Assembly: GCA_964016885.1 (NCBI GenBank)
Contig: OZ024740.1
Coordinates: forward strand, 32,426,001 to 32,490,000
DNA: 64,000 nucleotides
Source of the DNA: Eledone cirrhosa
Lineage: Eukaryota
Direction: 5' to 3'
The notes under the pieces were generated by a model. The model did not search any database, was not told the DNA's origin, and worked only from the letters and a program-made list of their open reading frames with translations. Each line of letters begins with the position of its first letter. Position 1 is the stretch's first letter. Both the position numbers and the translations under genes were made by a program. Positions 37,936 through 51,553 of this stretch are shown one piece after another.

Positions 37936-40900
37936 CAGTAGTGGTGTATCAGACATTAGAACAGCAGCAGTAGTGGTGTATCAGACATTACAACAGCAGC
38001 AGTAGTGGTGTATCAGACATTAGAACAGCAGCAGTAGTGGTGAATCAGACATTACAACAGCAGCAGCAGTGGTGTATCAGACATTAGAACAGCAGCAGTA
38101 GTGGTGTATCAGACATTACAACAGCAGCAGTAGTGGTGTATCAGACATTACATCAGCAGCAGCAGTGGTGTATCAGACATTACAACACCAACAGTAGTGG
38201 TGTATCAGACATTACAACAGCAGCAGGAGTGGTGTATCAGACATTACAACAACAGCAGTAGTGGTGTATCAGACATTAGAACAGCAGCAGTAGTGGTGTA
38301 TCGGACATTACAACAGCAGCAGCAGTGGTGTATCAGACATTACAACAGCAGCAGTAGTGGTGCATAAGACATTACAACAGCAGCAGTAGTGGTGCATAAG
38401 ACATTACAACAGCAGCAGTAGTGGTGTATCAGACATTAGAACAGCAGCAGTAGTGGTGTATCAGACATTACAACAGCAGCAGTAGTGGTGTATCAGACAT
38501 TACAACAGCAGCAGTAGTGGTGTATCAGACATTACAACAACAACAGGAGTGGTGTATCAGACATTACAACACCAACAGGAGTGGTGTATCAGACATTACA
38601 ACAGCAGCAGTAGTGGTGTATCGGACATTGCAACAGCAGCAGTAGTGGTGTATCAGACATTACAACAGCAGCAGTAGTGGTGTATCAGACATTACAACAA
38701 CAACAGCAGTAGTGGTGTATCAGACATTAGAACAGCAGCAGTAGTGGTGTATCAGACATTACAACAGCAGCAGTAGTGGTGTATCAGACATTACAACAGC
38801 AGCAGTAGTGGTGTATCAGACATTACAACAACAGCAGTAGTGGTGTATCAGACATTACAACAACAACAGTATTAGTGTATCAGACATTACAACAGCAGCA
38901 GTAGTGGTGTATCAGACATTACAACCACAGCAGTAGTGGTGTATCAGACATTACAACAACAACAGTATTAGTGTATCAGACATTACAACAGCAGCAGTAG
39001 TGGTGTATCAGACATTACAACAGCAGCAGTAGTGGTGTATCAGAGATTACAACAGCAGCAGTAGTGGTGTATCAGACATTACAACAGCAGCAGTAGTGGT
39101 GTATCAGACATTACAACAGCAGCAGTAGTGGTGTATCAGACATTTCAACAACAACAGTATTAGTGTATCAGACATTACAACACCAGCAGTAGTGGTGTAT
39201 CAGACATTACAACAGCAGCAGTAGTGGTGTATCAGACATTACGACAGCAGTAGTGGTGTATCAGACATTACAACAGCAACAGTAGTGGTGTATCAGACAT
39301 TACAACAGCAGCAGTAGTGGTGTATCAGAGATTACAACAGCAGCAGTAGTGGTGTATCAGACATTACAACCACAGCAGTAGTGGTGTATCAGACATTACA
39401 ACAACAACAGTATTAGTGTATCAGACATTACAACAGCAGCAGTAGTGGTGTATCGGACATTACAACAGCAGCAGTAGTGGTGTATCAGACATTACAACAC
39501 CAACAGTAGTGGTGTATCAGACATTACAACAGCAGCAGTAGTGGTGTATCAGACATTACAACAGCAGCAGTAGTGGTGTATCAGACATTACAACAACAAC
39601 AGTATTAGTGTATCAGACATTACAACACCAGCAGTAGTGGTGTATCAGACATTACAACAACAGTAGTGGTGTATCAGACATTACAACACCAACAGTAGTG
39701 GTGTATCAGACATTACAACACCAACAGTAGTGGTGTATCAAACCTTACAACACCAACAGTAGTGGTGTATCAGACATTACAACACCAACAGTAGTAGTGG
39801 TGTATCAGACATTAGAACAGCAGCAGTAGTGGTGTATCAGACATTAGAACAGCAGCAGTAGTGGTGTATCAGACATTACAACACCAACAGTAGTAGTGGT
39901 GTATCAGACATTAGAACAGCAGCAGTAGTGGTGTATCAGACATTACAACACCAACAGTAGTAGTGGTGTATCAGACATTAGAACAACAGCAGTAGTGGTG
40001 TATCAGATTACAACAGCAGCAGTAGTGGTGTATCAGAGATTACAACAGCAGCAGTAGTGGTGTATCAGACATTACAACAACAGCAGCAGTAGTGGTGTAT
40101 CAGACATTACAACAACAGCAGTAGTGGTGTATCAGACATTAGAACAGCAGCAGTAGTGGTGTATCAGACATTACAACAGCAGCAGTAGTGGTGTATCAGA
40201 GATTACAACAGCAGCAGTAGTGGTGTATCAGACATTAGAACACCAACAGTAGTGGTGTATCAGACATTACAACAGCAGCAGTAGTGGTGTATCAGACATT
40301 AGAACAGCAGCAGTAGTGGTGTATCAGACATTACAACAGCAACAGTAGTGGTGTATCAGACATTTCAACAGCAGCAGTAGTGGTGTATCAGACATTACAA
40401 CAGCAGCAGTAGTGGTGTATCAGACATTACAACAGCAGCAGTAGTGGTGTATCAGACATTACAACAGCAGCAGTAGTGGTGTATCGGACATTAGAACAGC
40501 AGCAGTAGTGGTGTATCAGACATTAGAACAGCAGCAGTAGTGATGTATCAGACATTACAACACCAACAGTAGTGGTGTATCAGACATTACAACACCAACA
40601 GTAGTGGTGTATCAGACATTACAACAACAGCAGTAGTGGTGTATCAGACATTAGAACAGCAGCAGTAGTGGTGTATCAGACATTACAACACCAACAGTAG
40701 TGGTGTATCAGACATTACAACACCAACAGTAGTGGTGTATCAGACATTACAACACCAACAGTAGTGGTGTATCAGACATTACAACACCAACAGTAGTGGT
40801 GTATCAGACATTACAACAACAGCAGTAGTGGTGTATCAGACATTACAACAGCAGCAGTAGTGGTGTATCAGACATTACAACAACAGCAGTAGTGGTGTAT

Positions 40901-43010
40901 CAGACATTACAACAGCAGCAGTAGTGGTGTATCAGACATTACAACAGCAGCAGTAGTGGTGTATCAGACATTACAACAGCAGCAGTAGTGGTGTATCAGA
41001 CATTACAACAGCAGTAGTGGTGTATCAGACATTACGACAGCAGTAGTGGTGTATCAGACATTACAACAGCAGCAGTAGTGGTGTATCAGACATTACAACA
41101 CCAACAGTAGTGGTGTATCAGACATTACAACAGCAGCAGTAGTGGTGTATCAGACATTACAACACCAACAGTAGTGGTGCATCAAACATTACAAAACAGC
41201 AGTAGTGGTGCATCAGACATTACAACAGCAGCAGTAGTGGTGCATCAGACATTACAACAGCAGCAGTAGTGGTGTATCAGACATTACAACACCAACAGTA
41301 GTGGTGTATCAGACATTACAACAGCAGCAGTAGTGGTGCATCAGACATTACAACAGCAGCAGTAGTGGTGCATCAGACATTACAACAGCAGCAGTAGTGG
41401 TGCATCAGACATTACAACAGCAGCAGTAGTGGTGTATCAGACATTACAACACCAACAGTAGTGGTGTATCAGACATTACAACAGCAGCAGTAGTGGTGCA
41501 TCAGACATTACAACAGCAGCAGTAGTGGTGTATCAAACATTATAACACCAACAGTAGTGGTGTATCAGACATTACAACAGCAGCAGTAGTGGTGTATCAG
41601 ACATTACAACACCAACAGTAGTGGTGTATCAGACATTACAACACCAACAGTAGTGGTGTATCAGACATTAGAACAGCAGCAGTAGTGGTGTATCAAACCT
41701 TACAACACCAACAGTAGTGGTGTATCAGACATTACAACAGCAGCAGTAGTGGTGTATCAGACATTACAGCAGCAGCAGTAGTGGTGTATCAGACATTAGA
41801 ACAGCAGCAGTAGTGGTGTATCAGACATTACAACAGCAGCAGTAGTGGTGTATCAGACATTACAACACCAACAGTAGTGGTGTATCAGACATTACAACAG
41901 CAGCAGTAGTGGTGTATCAGACATTACAACAGCAGTAGTGGTGTATCAGACATTAGAACAGCAGCATTAGTGGTGTATCAGACATTACAACAGCAGTAGT
42001 GGTGTATCAGACATTAGAACAGCAGCATTAGTGGTGTATCAGACATTACAACAGCAGCAGTAGTGGTGTATCAGACATCAGAACAGCAGCAGTAGTGGTG
42101 TATCAAACATTACAACAGCAGCAGTAGTGGTTTATCAGACATTACAACAGCAGTAGTGGTGTATCAGACATTAGAACAGCAGCAGTAGTGGTGTATCAGA
42201 CATTACAACAGCAGCAGTAGTGGTGTATCAAACATTAGAACAGCAGCAGTAGTGGTGTATCAGACATTACAACAAGAACAGTAGTGGTGTATCAGACATT
42301 ACAACAGCAGCAGTAGTGGTGTATCAAACATTAGAACAGCAGCAGTAGTGGTGTATCAGACATTACAACAAGAACAGTAGTGGTGTATCAGACATTAGAA
42401 CAGCAGCAGTAGTGGTGTATCAAACCTTACAACACCAACAGTAGTGGTGTATCAGACATTACGACAGCAGTAGTGGTGTATCAGACATTACAACAGCAGC
42501 AGCAGTGGTGTATCAGACATTACAACAGCAGCAGCAGTGGTGTATCAGACATTACAACAGCAGCAGCAGTGGTGTATCAGACATTACAACAGCAGCAGTA
42601 GTGGTGTATCAGACATTACAACAACAGCAGTAGTGGTGTATCAGACATTACAACAACAGCAGTAGTGGTGTATCAGACATTACAACAACAGCAGTAGTGG
42701 TGTATCAGACATTACAACAGCAGCAGTAGTGGTGTATCAGACATTTCAACAGCAGCAGTAGTGATGTATCAGACATTACAACAACAGCAGTAGTGGTGTA
42801 TCAGACATTTCAACAGCAGCAGTAGTGGTGTATCAGACATTACAACAACAGCAGTAGTGGTGTATCAGACATTAGAACAACAACAGCAGTAGTGGTGTAT
42901 CAGACATTTCAACAGCAGCAGCAGTGGTGTATCAGACATTACAACAACAGCAGTAGTGGTGTATCAGACATTACAACAACAGCAGTAGTGGTGTATCAGA
43001 CATTTCAACA
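37936..43010. repeat. ~5.1-kb intronic satellite, 32-bp unit (~160 copies)
   Basis: Consensus TAGTGGTGTATCAGACATTACAACAGCAGCAG, with 29- and 35-bp variants. Confidence 0.98.
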
Positions 43011-43065
43011 CCTATATAACGTGTTAAAAATGTTTAATCCTTTTAAATCTTTGTATTTGTTATAG

Positions 43066-43254
43066 GTGAATATGATGACGTCAGTAGCTGCAGCCAAATA
43101 TCTAAGCAATTAACAAGTTGTGAAGCACCTGTTCCCCAGGAAAAAGTGTTCTTTTCATCAACTGCTCCAGCTGTTACCTTGTGTTCAGCCCTTACTCCCA
43201 GCTTATTTCTGAATGTACCACCAACTATAAATTTTGTTTACAGTGGATGTAAAG
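43066..43254 (+). CDS. TTLL4: TTLL4 coding exon 3
   Basis: AG 43064-43065, GT 43255; ...ALTPSLFLNVPPTINFVYSGCK matches TTLL4 ALIYSLFPNVPPTIYF. Confidence 0.9.
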
Positions 43255-43910
43255 GTATAGAATATCATTGTTAACTTTTGTATTAAAATCTCCCTTTTAT
43301 ACTATAAAAAATTAACAAAGTAATTGGAAAATAAAAACCTGTATTACATTTAAAGACAATCCAGATACATACAATTATAATGTGTCATTTATTTATATCA
43401 TTTTCAAAATTGGTACCTGGAAATTATTCAGCTATTTTAAGTAGAATATTAGTCTAATTTATTTCATAGCATAAAAGGTTTTTTATTCTTTGCAAGAAAT
43501 TGTTCTTCTTGCTCCACATAATGATGTAATACAATCACCGCATATTTTATTGTTTCATTAATTGAGAAGAAGGAATGGAATGTAAAATAAGAAAATGTAA
43601 AAAAATAAAAAATGGGCAAGGCAGGGGCCCTAGTGTCACAAGAATGGGATGGGGGATTGGGCTCTGGGCCTAGGGTGCGGTGGTAATGGGGCTGCACCCA
43701 GTGGGCAAAGGCCAGCAATACTCACTGCATCAGCTACCCCACCTCATGGGGCTCCTTCCTCAGTTGGGCCGCCGACGTTTCAATCTTGTATTATGAAATA
43801 ATTTTTAAATAAGATATTTTGTTTATGTAAACTGAAAGACAAATGTGAAATGTTGAAATTATATCTTTATTGGTATAATAAATGATATTTTATTTAATTT
43901 TCCCTTTCAG

Positions 43911-44021
43911 TTGAGAGTCTCTCTCTTGAGATGAATCGCCTTTTACGCTGGCGTCTGAGTCCTATCACACCTCTTGTGGTTAAATCTGCTTTAGTCAGAG
44001 CTCGTTTTAAATTAACAAACA
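43911..44021 (+). CDS. TTLL4: TTLL4 coding exon 4
   Basis: VESLSLEMNRLLRWRLSPITPLVVKSALVRARFKLTN; AG/GTAAGT. Confidence 0.92.
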
Positions 44022-44400
44022 GTAAGTAAAAAATTTATAATTTTGTCATTTTGTTTAAGATTTTGCTTGATATAATTGAAAGAATGTCATTAATTTGCAA
44101 GTCATTGCTGCTAAGCTGTAATATATATTCAATGAACTTCTTTTTTTGGAGTAACATTACTGGCATATTACAAAATAAAAAAAAAAATGAAAATTAAAAG
44201 CTTTATACCTAATTGAAATAAAAACATTAACTGCTAAGGAATATATGGGATGTGTTCTGCTAGACTTGATATGCCCAAGATTCCATCAGGAGTTACGGGA
44301 TCATACTATACTATATAGGTATTTAGTCAAATGACTAAGTGTTATTTGTAAAACCATTGAAAGTGATGCAGTAACACCATATATATTTTTATTTTCTCAG

Positions 44401-44477
44401 AACATTATGATTGGATTGGTTGTTTTGGAAAACATATGAAAAGCCAAGCTTTTAAAGTTCTTCGGGATTTTCAAAAA
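44401..44477 (+). CDS. TTLL4: TTLL4 coding exon 5
   Basis: KHYDWIGCFGKHMKSQAFKVLRDFQK; AG/GTAAGA. Confidence 0.92.
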
Positions 44478-45369
44478 GTAAGATTCTTTTAATATTTTAC
44501 TTCTCCATCATTTTTTGATTTTTATAATTGTATGGCAGTATGGATATTTTTAAAAGCTTTCTTTCAATGTATTATTTCAAAATTCTATAGATTGTGTTGA
44601 AAGGGCTATTTATATTTTCATATAATAAAATTTACCTACATTTGCTGTTGGTAAAATTAACTTATAAATCTTGAAAGTTGAGAATATAAGGGTTAATAGT
44701 TTAAGTCTAAATATAGAGTGGGTCTAAATATCAGATTCACAATGAAAGGCTTTGATACTGTCTGCTTAAGAAGTAACAAAATAATGAATTTAATCACTTA
44801 TATGATTAATAGTTAATTAATGTGATGCAACCAGAACTGAGGTGTGTGTGTTTATTTAGCTTCTTAATTCAGGAAAAAAGAAGTGGAGAAGATTTACAGC
44901 TGTGGGAAAGAAGAGTTGGGTAAGGTTTTAAGTTATGAGATACAATAGGGATTGTGTTAGTTGTCAGCTATTGGTTGTAGTTTGTTGATGCATTTTATTA
45001 GTTGTTAGTAGTACCTGTGTGTTGGTGAATGAGTTTTTGCTATTCAACTACTAATTATGACAGGAGTGTTTTGTTATTTTGCTAGTTTACTATTAAAGAT
45101 TATCAATTAAATGATGATAATGTAAGGACAGTTGTGTGATGTGAATGTCGGGGATGAATGTGCTGTAAGCTCTTGATATGTTTTCAATAAGGTTTTGGTA
45201 CTTTTTAGCAAGCATCAAGATAAATCGTTGTGTTTGTATATTGATATTTAAGATATAATTTATTAAAATTTAAGCTATTATTTATTAAAATTATGGTTAA
45301 TATTTATTTTAACATTGGTTTGATTGTTCTAACATAAGTATATATAATTTGATTTCATAACTATTGCAG

Positions 45370-45564
45370 CTCAACCATTTTCCTGGATCCTTTCAAATAG
45401 GCCGTAAAGATAAGTTATGGAGAAATTTATCAAAACTGCAATTGCATTTTGGAAAAAAGGAATATGGGTTTTTTCCACAAACTTTTATTCTTCCAACTGA
45501 TATGAAAGCTTTCAAGAAAACTTGGGAAGATGGTGGAAACCGAGTCAAATGGATAATTAAACCT
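45370..45564 (+). CDS. TTLL4: TTLL4 coding exon 6
   Basis: LNHFPGSFQIGRKDKLWRNL...FFPQTFILP...KWIIKP; AG/GTAAGT. Confidence 0.95.
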
Positions 45565-45626
45565 GTAAGTGGCTTACATCCTTTAAATCAAATATTAGTA
45601 ACTCGAAAATACTGTGTTATCTGATG

Positions 45627-45756
45627 TCTACATTTTACATATATACTACAATGTAGGGGATTATCTCTTGTAGTTAGTTTAGGTCTACATTTTATATATA
45701 TACTACAATGTAGAGGATTATCTCTTGCGTTAGTTGAGGTCTACATTTTACATATA
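45627..45756. repeat. ~57-bp tandem repeat, ~2.3 copies
   Basis: TCTACATTTTA.ATATATACTACAATGTAG.GGATTATCTCTTG...TAGTT.AGG repeated. Confidence 0.8.
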
Positions 45757-48700
45757 ATAATGAAAATATTGTGTACAGTGCTCAGGTGCACTACAACTCA
45801 TCAAAAAGTGTATGTATAGTACATAGGGTAATGTACAAACGTCAGGAAATGAACAGTCATGATATACACGTGTGCATGTGTATGGAAGGGGTACATCAGG
45901 TGTAGTTTTGGCGAATTTCGGGAAGCATGAGTGTTTTAAAGGATGCAGTGTCTTGTCAGCTAACAACTGACGCAGGCAGTTTGTTCCATGCTTCAGCAAC
46001 TCTAAGCGTGAAAAAATGTTTCTGAAAGTCATGGGAGCTGTGTTGTTTTCTGATTTTGTAGGCATGTCCACGTGTGTTAGACACATGGAGATCAAAAAGG
46101 TGCTCAGGGTTGTTGTTGGCGAGATGGTTAATAACTTTGTGGGTGTTTACCAAGTCCATTACCAGACGGAGCTTCAACGAATCCATGCCCAGGGAAGCAA
46201 GGCGTTCAGAGTATGGTAGGTGTCTGATAGAGGGTTTTCAGGAGGTCAATGTTCTGAGCAAGATAGGGGTTCCAGACTGGTGATGTGAATTCCAAGTGTG
46301 GTCGTATCATAGCTGTATGCAGCTTTAAATAGATGGCTGGAGAGCGGCTAAAAGTCTTGCTGAGTGATGCCAAGACACCCTCGGCCTTCTTGACAATCTT
46401 AGAGACATGCTTTGTCCAACGCAAATCGCTGCTGACAGTAATGCCCAGGTCATGTTCACAAGAGGACTTCTTGATATCAGTGTTGTGGAGGGAGTATGTG
46501 GACGCTGGATTTTTCCTCTCAAAATGCATGGTGGTACACTTGTCCACAGCCAGCTTCAGTTGCCAGTCTGTGATCCATTGCTGCATTGTGTCCAGGTCTG
46601 ATTGTAGGAAAGAGTTGTAGATTTCAGGATCAGTCCTTTTGATTTCAAGGTACAGCTTGATGTCATCTGCATATTTCAGTACCGTGGCATTCTGTAAGTT
46701 GGCATCTATGTCATTAATATATGCCACAAACAAAAGGGGACCAAGAACAGATCCCTGTGGTACACCAGATGACATCTCATATGGTGAAGAATGCTGTCCT
46801 AGAACCGTGACTACTTCTTTTCGGCTGAGAATGAAGGATTTCAACCAGTCGAAAAGATCATCCCTCACACCCATTGCAGAGAGTTTTGCCATAAGTCTTT
46901 TGTGTGGCACAGAATTAAAAGCCTTAGCAAAGTCAAGGTAAACAACATCCACCCATGAGCCGCTGTCAGTGATCCGGGTGATGTCTTCAAGGAACTCGAT
47001 AAGCTGATCACAGCAGCTGGAGTTAGGGATAAATCCAAACTGTGAGGGCCGGATGAGGCTGTGACAGCTCCAGAAGTTCCAAAGTGTTTCTCTGACACAG
47101 GATTCCATCAGTTTGGCCATACAGCTAGTAAGACTGACTGGATGATAGTTGACAGGTGACATGCGGTTGCCCTTTTTGAACAGGGGAATGACACTGGCAG
47201 TTTTCCACTGCTCCGGAGTAGCACCATTGTTGAGACAGTATTGAAAGAAAGAAAGAAAGCTGGCACAAAAGGAAATACCCGCCACGTTTGAGAAGCAGGT
47301 ATGTAACACCATCAAGACCAGGGGAGGCATAGTTGCGCTTATTCTTAAGGTGACGTCGCAATATTGCAGGTGTAAATTCCATAGTTGTTCTGGAATTTGA
47401 TGTTAGAGATGGTGGAGATGGTACATTCTGGTTTTCAACAGTAAAAATGCTTGCATAGCACTCAGCAATGAGTTCTGCGCTTTGGGATCATCAGTGATCT
47501 GGCTTGTGTGGGGATTGCGAAGAGGACCAACTGGAGAGTGAGGTCTCTGCTTTGAATGAACATATTTCCAGAACACCTTACTGTCAGGATTGGTTGCTAT
47601 GCACTGTTCAAATTCAAGCACTGCCTTTTTTGTCATTTGCTTGATATGGTTGGAAGGCTTATTCCGCTTTTTTCTGTTGGCATCTGATTTATGCAGTTTA
47701 TATTCCCGTTCAGCGTTCCAACGTTCTTTCCTGGCCAGTCGGACCGCAGAAGTTTCCCAAATTGCACTTTTGGGGTGGGGTTTTTTCTGCTTACGTGGCA
47801 CCGATGCTGCACACGCTATCCATATTGAGTCCAGGATGCTCTGGAGTATAGTGTTCACATCTTCAGAGTTATACATCTCATGCCAGTTTGGGCGCTGTAG
47901 CTCAGTGCAGTACAAGTTCCAATCTGCTTTCTTCCAATCAAAGCAAGCAGATTGGAGATGGTTCTGGTTTTTGTTGCTGCCCGCAAGAGCCAGATTGGCA
48001 ATGATCATAGCATGATCAGAGTCGCCTAGAGGTTCCTCAGTAGTACAACTGATAACCACTTCAGCAAAGCTGTGTGTCCTGATGGTAGTTTGGGGGGCGA
48101 TAAACAACACCAAGCAGAAGTGTTGACTTGGTCATACGTATGTCACAAAAAAAAAACTTCTTGTGATTCATTCAAATCAACGCAAGGAATTACCGAAAAG
48201 TTTGAACGAACGTAGACCATCACACCACCACAGCGATTAATGCGGTCCTTGCGGAACAGGTTGTACCCAGTAATGCTGAAAACCCCATCACAGAGTAAGG
48301 AATGTGCCCATCTTTCCGTGACTGTGATGAAGTCAGGGTCGATGCTTCTGACGTAGGAGTTAAACAGATGTATCTTGCTGCATAAACTGCGAGCATTTAA
48401 GGACAACAATTTGTACCCTGCTTGCAGTTTATGATGGTGTGTAGAGGATGGCAGGTTGTTCTGGTTTAGTTTCCCAGAGTTGTTGCAGTTTTTTTCATTG
48501 CCAGTTATTGTGGGTAGAGCACACTCAGACCAGCTGGTATCTCTCTTCCACGTTTCACCAGCTTTAACAAACCTCCAGATCTGCCCATCATCACGCAGAC
48601 TAAAACTTTCCTGTTGTGCTGAGTTCCGATTCAAGGAAACTGCAGCACGTAGCTTTGGACGTACATTGGGTGGTAGGCCTGGGCGTGTTCAGAAGGTAAT

Positions 48701-49231
48701 CCGATTTTCACGCCCAGCTTTAACAGAGGCCAGATGATATGAAATTGCTTCAGCGGGGTTCGAAAAAGACAGCCTGATGAGTCTGGGTTTTGGACCAGGC
48801 CGACCAAGGCGGAGAGCACTCTTTGGGGGAACACACTCTTTGGCTGAGCTGGCAGCAAATGCCTGAAGATCAGCCTTGTCCTCTGGTACCCCAATGGCAA
48901 TTACTTCATGGGTAGCAGATTCTGCAGTCTTCTCGGTGTGCCCAGATACGGCAAGAGGTACAGGGAGATTCTTTAGCAAGGCCATCCGATAAGACCCCTC
49001 ATTGGGGTCCTACCCGAATGGTTGCTTTTATTCCTGTTACTTCCCTTCTTAAAGCAGAAATCATTTGTTGCAATTCTGCAAAATCTGTAATTGTTGTTGT
49101 TGGTGGTGGTGTTGGTGCTGCTGTTGTTGCTGTTGCTGCTGCTGATGTTCCTCCACGGAGATGGTAGGGGAAGACACAGCCTAAATGCTCCTCAGTTTTA
49201 CTCTTTTGCAGCTTTGTTCCACTTGGGTCTC
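45757..49231 (-). mobile_element. CR1-clade LINE (ORF1 + APE/RT ORF2), frameshifted, apparently 5'-complete
   Basis: KLLSLNARSL, SDH, YLDFAKAFNSVPH, SGVPQGSVLGPLLF, KYADDIKL, TRGH..K, FFTLRV...WNKLP; ORF1-like RLGRPGPKPRLIRLSF; candidate 10-bp TSD TTTACATATA (45747-45756, 49232-49241). Confidence 0.9.
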
Positions 49232-49357
49232 TTTACATATATTTGTATAAAACCAAACTATGGCAATATCTACCATTTTTAAGATTTCATTCATTAACAT
49301 TCTACTTCTATAGTTTCTGTAGGATCTCATACTTTTGTAACAACTAATATTAATGTA

Positions 49358-49475
49358 AAGGCACAAGACCTAGTTGTTAGGGTCTTGGACTCATAATCAT
49401 AAAGTTGTGGGTTTCATTCCTGACTTGGGTTGGGTGATGTTTTTTCTTGAGCAAGATTCTCCATTTCACATTGCT
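49358..49475 (+). mobile_element. Degenerate SINE family A head/core fragment
   Basis: AAGGCACAAGACCTAGTTGTTAGGG...TTCTTGAGCAAGA...ATTTCACATTGCT. Confidence 0.6.
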
Positions 49476-50109
49476 TATCATAAGACTGTGGTCCCTATCA
49501 TTAAAACTCAAGAAAATATGAGATGCAACCTCATAGGAGCCCAACTAAATCTATATAGGTGAGAACCTTAACAATAACAATGCTATTATTCTAGTTGTTT
49601 TGAGGAAACCTATTATTAAAGATATTTCTGTCTTTTTTTTTTTTTTTTTGAGAAGTGTCTAGAGCTATATCTTTTGAAATATGGTGTGGGCAATTTGACT
49701 GCTATTCCAGCAGGTTGAGCAAACAACATGAGGCCCTAGTAATGAATTATATTTTCACAGAATCTATTTCCAAGTGACATGTGATTGTAGTGTCATAAAT
49801 ACATCCTGACATTTCACAGCCTCAATAATTTCTTATGAAGGTCCTTATCAGTGTTTCCTTATATGTAAACTTTGTTGAGTAATTTACATCTCTGTAAATA
49901 CATATATCCTTTCAGTTACAATACTCATCAATGAGATCCTTGTTCGTCTTGACACTCCTTCTTGCAAATCTAAATTATTTCAACCTTTTATTTTTATATA
50001 AAACATTGGTGGATGTCCTACACACAGCTTTGCTCTAAGGTAGATTACCTAATATTTAACTTTTTACCCATTAGCTATAGTTCCTTGTTAATCACTTCTG
50101 CCCTTTAAT

Positions 50110-51150
50110 AGCAGTTTAGTAGTAAATTGCTACAAAGGTAAAGGGGATACTCTGGAGAGGAGCAATTATAGGGGCATAAAACTGATGGATCAGGTTATGA
50201 AAGTGGCAGAAAAAGTGCTAGCACAACTAATTAGAGAAAGAGTCAAATTAAATGAGATGCAGCTTGGTTTTGTGCCTGGGAAAAGTACAACAGATGCCCT
50301 CTTCTTAGTGAGACAACGACAAGAGAGGAATAAGCTACTATATTTAGCTTTTGTTGACCTAAAGAAGGCCTTTGATAGAGTACCCTGATCTGTCATCTGG
50401 TGGTCCCTAAGGAAACTAGGTGTTGAGGAATGGCTTGTGAGGACAGTGCAAGCTATGTACAGAGGTGCTGTCAGTAAAGTGTGAGTAGGAATGGAGTTTA
50501 GTGAGGAATTCCAGAGACAAGTAGCAGTTCATCAGGCTTTGGTCCTCAGCCCACTCTTATTCATTATAGTTTTCCAAGCCATAACAGTGGAGTTTAAGAC
50601 AGGTTGCACATGGGAACTTGTGCAACCCTCAGGGAAATGGCCATGTTCGATATGTAGAAAAGGAGTTGGCATAAACTCTATAGAATGTACACAATGCAGA
50701 TCTTGGGTACACAAAAGGTGTAGTGGGATAGCAGGCAAACTAACAGGAAAGGAAAACTTCATATGTAGTAGGTGTCAGTGATAGACACATTTTTCAAATG
50801 CAGGTAGGATCTATAGAGGTGCAATGACAATGTGCGTGAACGACCAAGCATAGATGAGTTGAGAGAGAAACTGTATAAGGGGGATAAGCTGTAGTGTGCA
50901 GGTGAGAAGACTGCATTGGTATGGCCATGTGATGCGCATGGAAAATGATCGCTGAGTGAAGAAGTGCCAAGAAATCCCGGTAGGAGGAAGACCACGAATA
51001 ACATGGGCGGAGGTGGTGAGAGCTGACCTCAGATCACTGAAGTTCACAGAGGAGATGACGAGGGACTGTGACGAATAGAAAGATGCTGTGCTGAAGAGGA
51101 CTTGTCCCACTCTTGCAAGCAGGGAAAAGCGGACGTAAAATGATGATGAT
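50110..51150 (+). mobile_element. RTE LINE (RT + PHD + 3' end, RTE-B tail), internally deleted
   Basis: CYKGKGD, GFVPGKSTTDA, DLKKAFDRVP, VLSPLLF, GKWPCSIC...HKRC...CSRC; tail CTTGCAAGCAGGGAAAAGCGGACGTAAAATGATGAT. Confidence 0.9.
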
Positions 51151-51257
51151 ATTAACTAAGCAGACTTGCATAGTTGCTTTTTATTAATGTTGTTTTAAAT
51201 GTTTATACTACTATTCTTGAATTTTTCTATAATTTATAACATGGTAATTCTTTTCAG

Positions 51258-51340
51258 CCAGCTTCTGCTCGAGGTAAAGGTATCAGGGTTATCTATAAGT
51301 GGAATCAGATTCCTAAACGAAGACCAATCATTGTCCAAAG
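51258..51340 (+). CDS. TTLL4: TTLL4 coding exon 7
   Basis: PASARGKGIRVIYKWNQIPKRRPIIVQR; AG/GTGAGT. Confidence 0.95.
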
Positions 51341-51424
51341 GTGAGTGTCAATGTCATATATTAGAAGGCCAGTGAAAAATGAGTATTTCACTTGATGTAC
51401 ATTTTATTATTTTCTGTTGTCTAG

Positions 51425-51553
51425 GTACTTATCGCGACCTTTCCTTATCAATAGTAGCAAGTTTGATATTCGTCTCTACATTCTAGTAAGCTCTTTCGAC
51501 CCACTTCGAATTTATTTGTATGATGATGGTCTGGTTCGATTTGCCTCTTGCAA
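51425..51553 (+). CDS. TTLL4: TTLL4 coding exon 8
   Basis: YLSRPFLINSSKFDIRLYILVSSFDPLRIYLYDDGLVRFASCK; 84-bp upstream intron; AG/GTAAGT. Confidence 0.95.

Noticed and set aside
37936-43010. CRISPR-like array (constant core plus variable segment)
   Set aside because: The variable parts are short triplet variants of one consensus, not unique spacers; there are no cas genes and the context is a eukaryotic intron.
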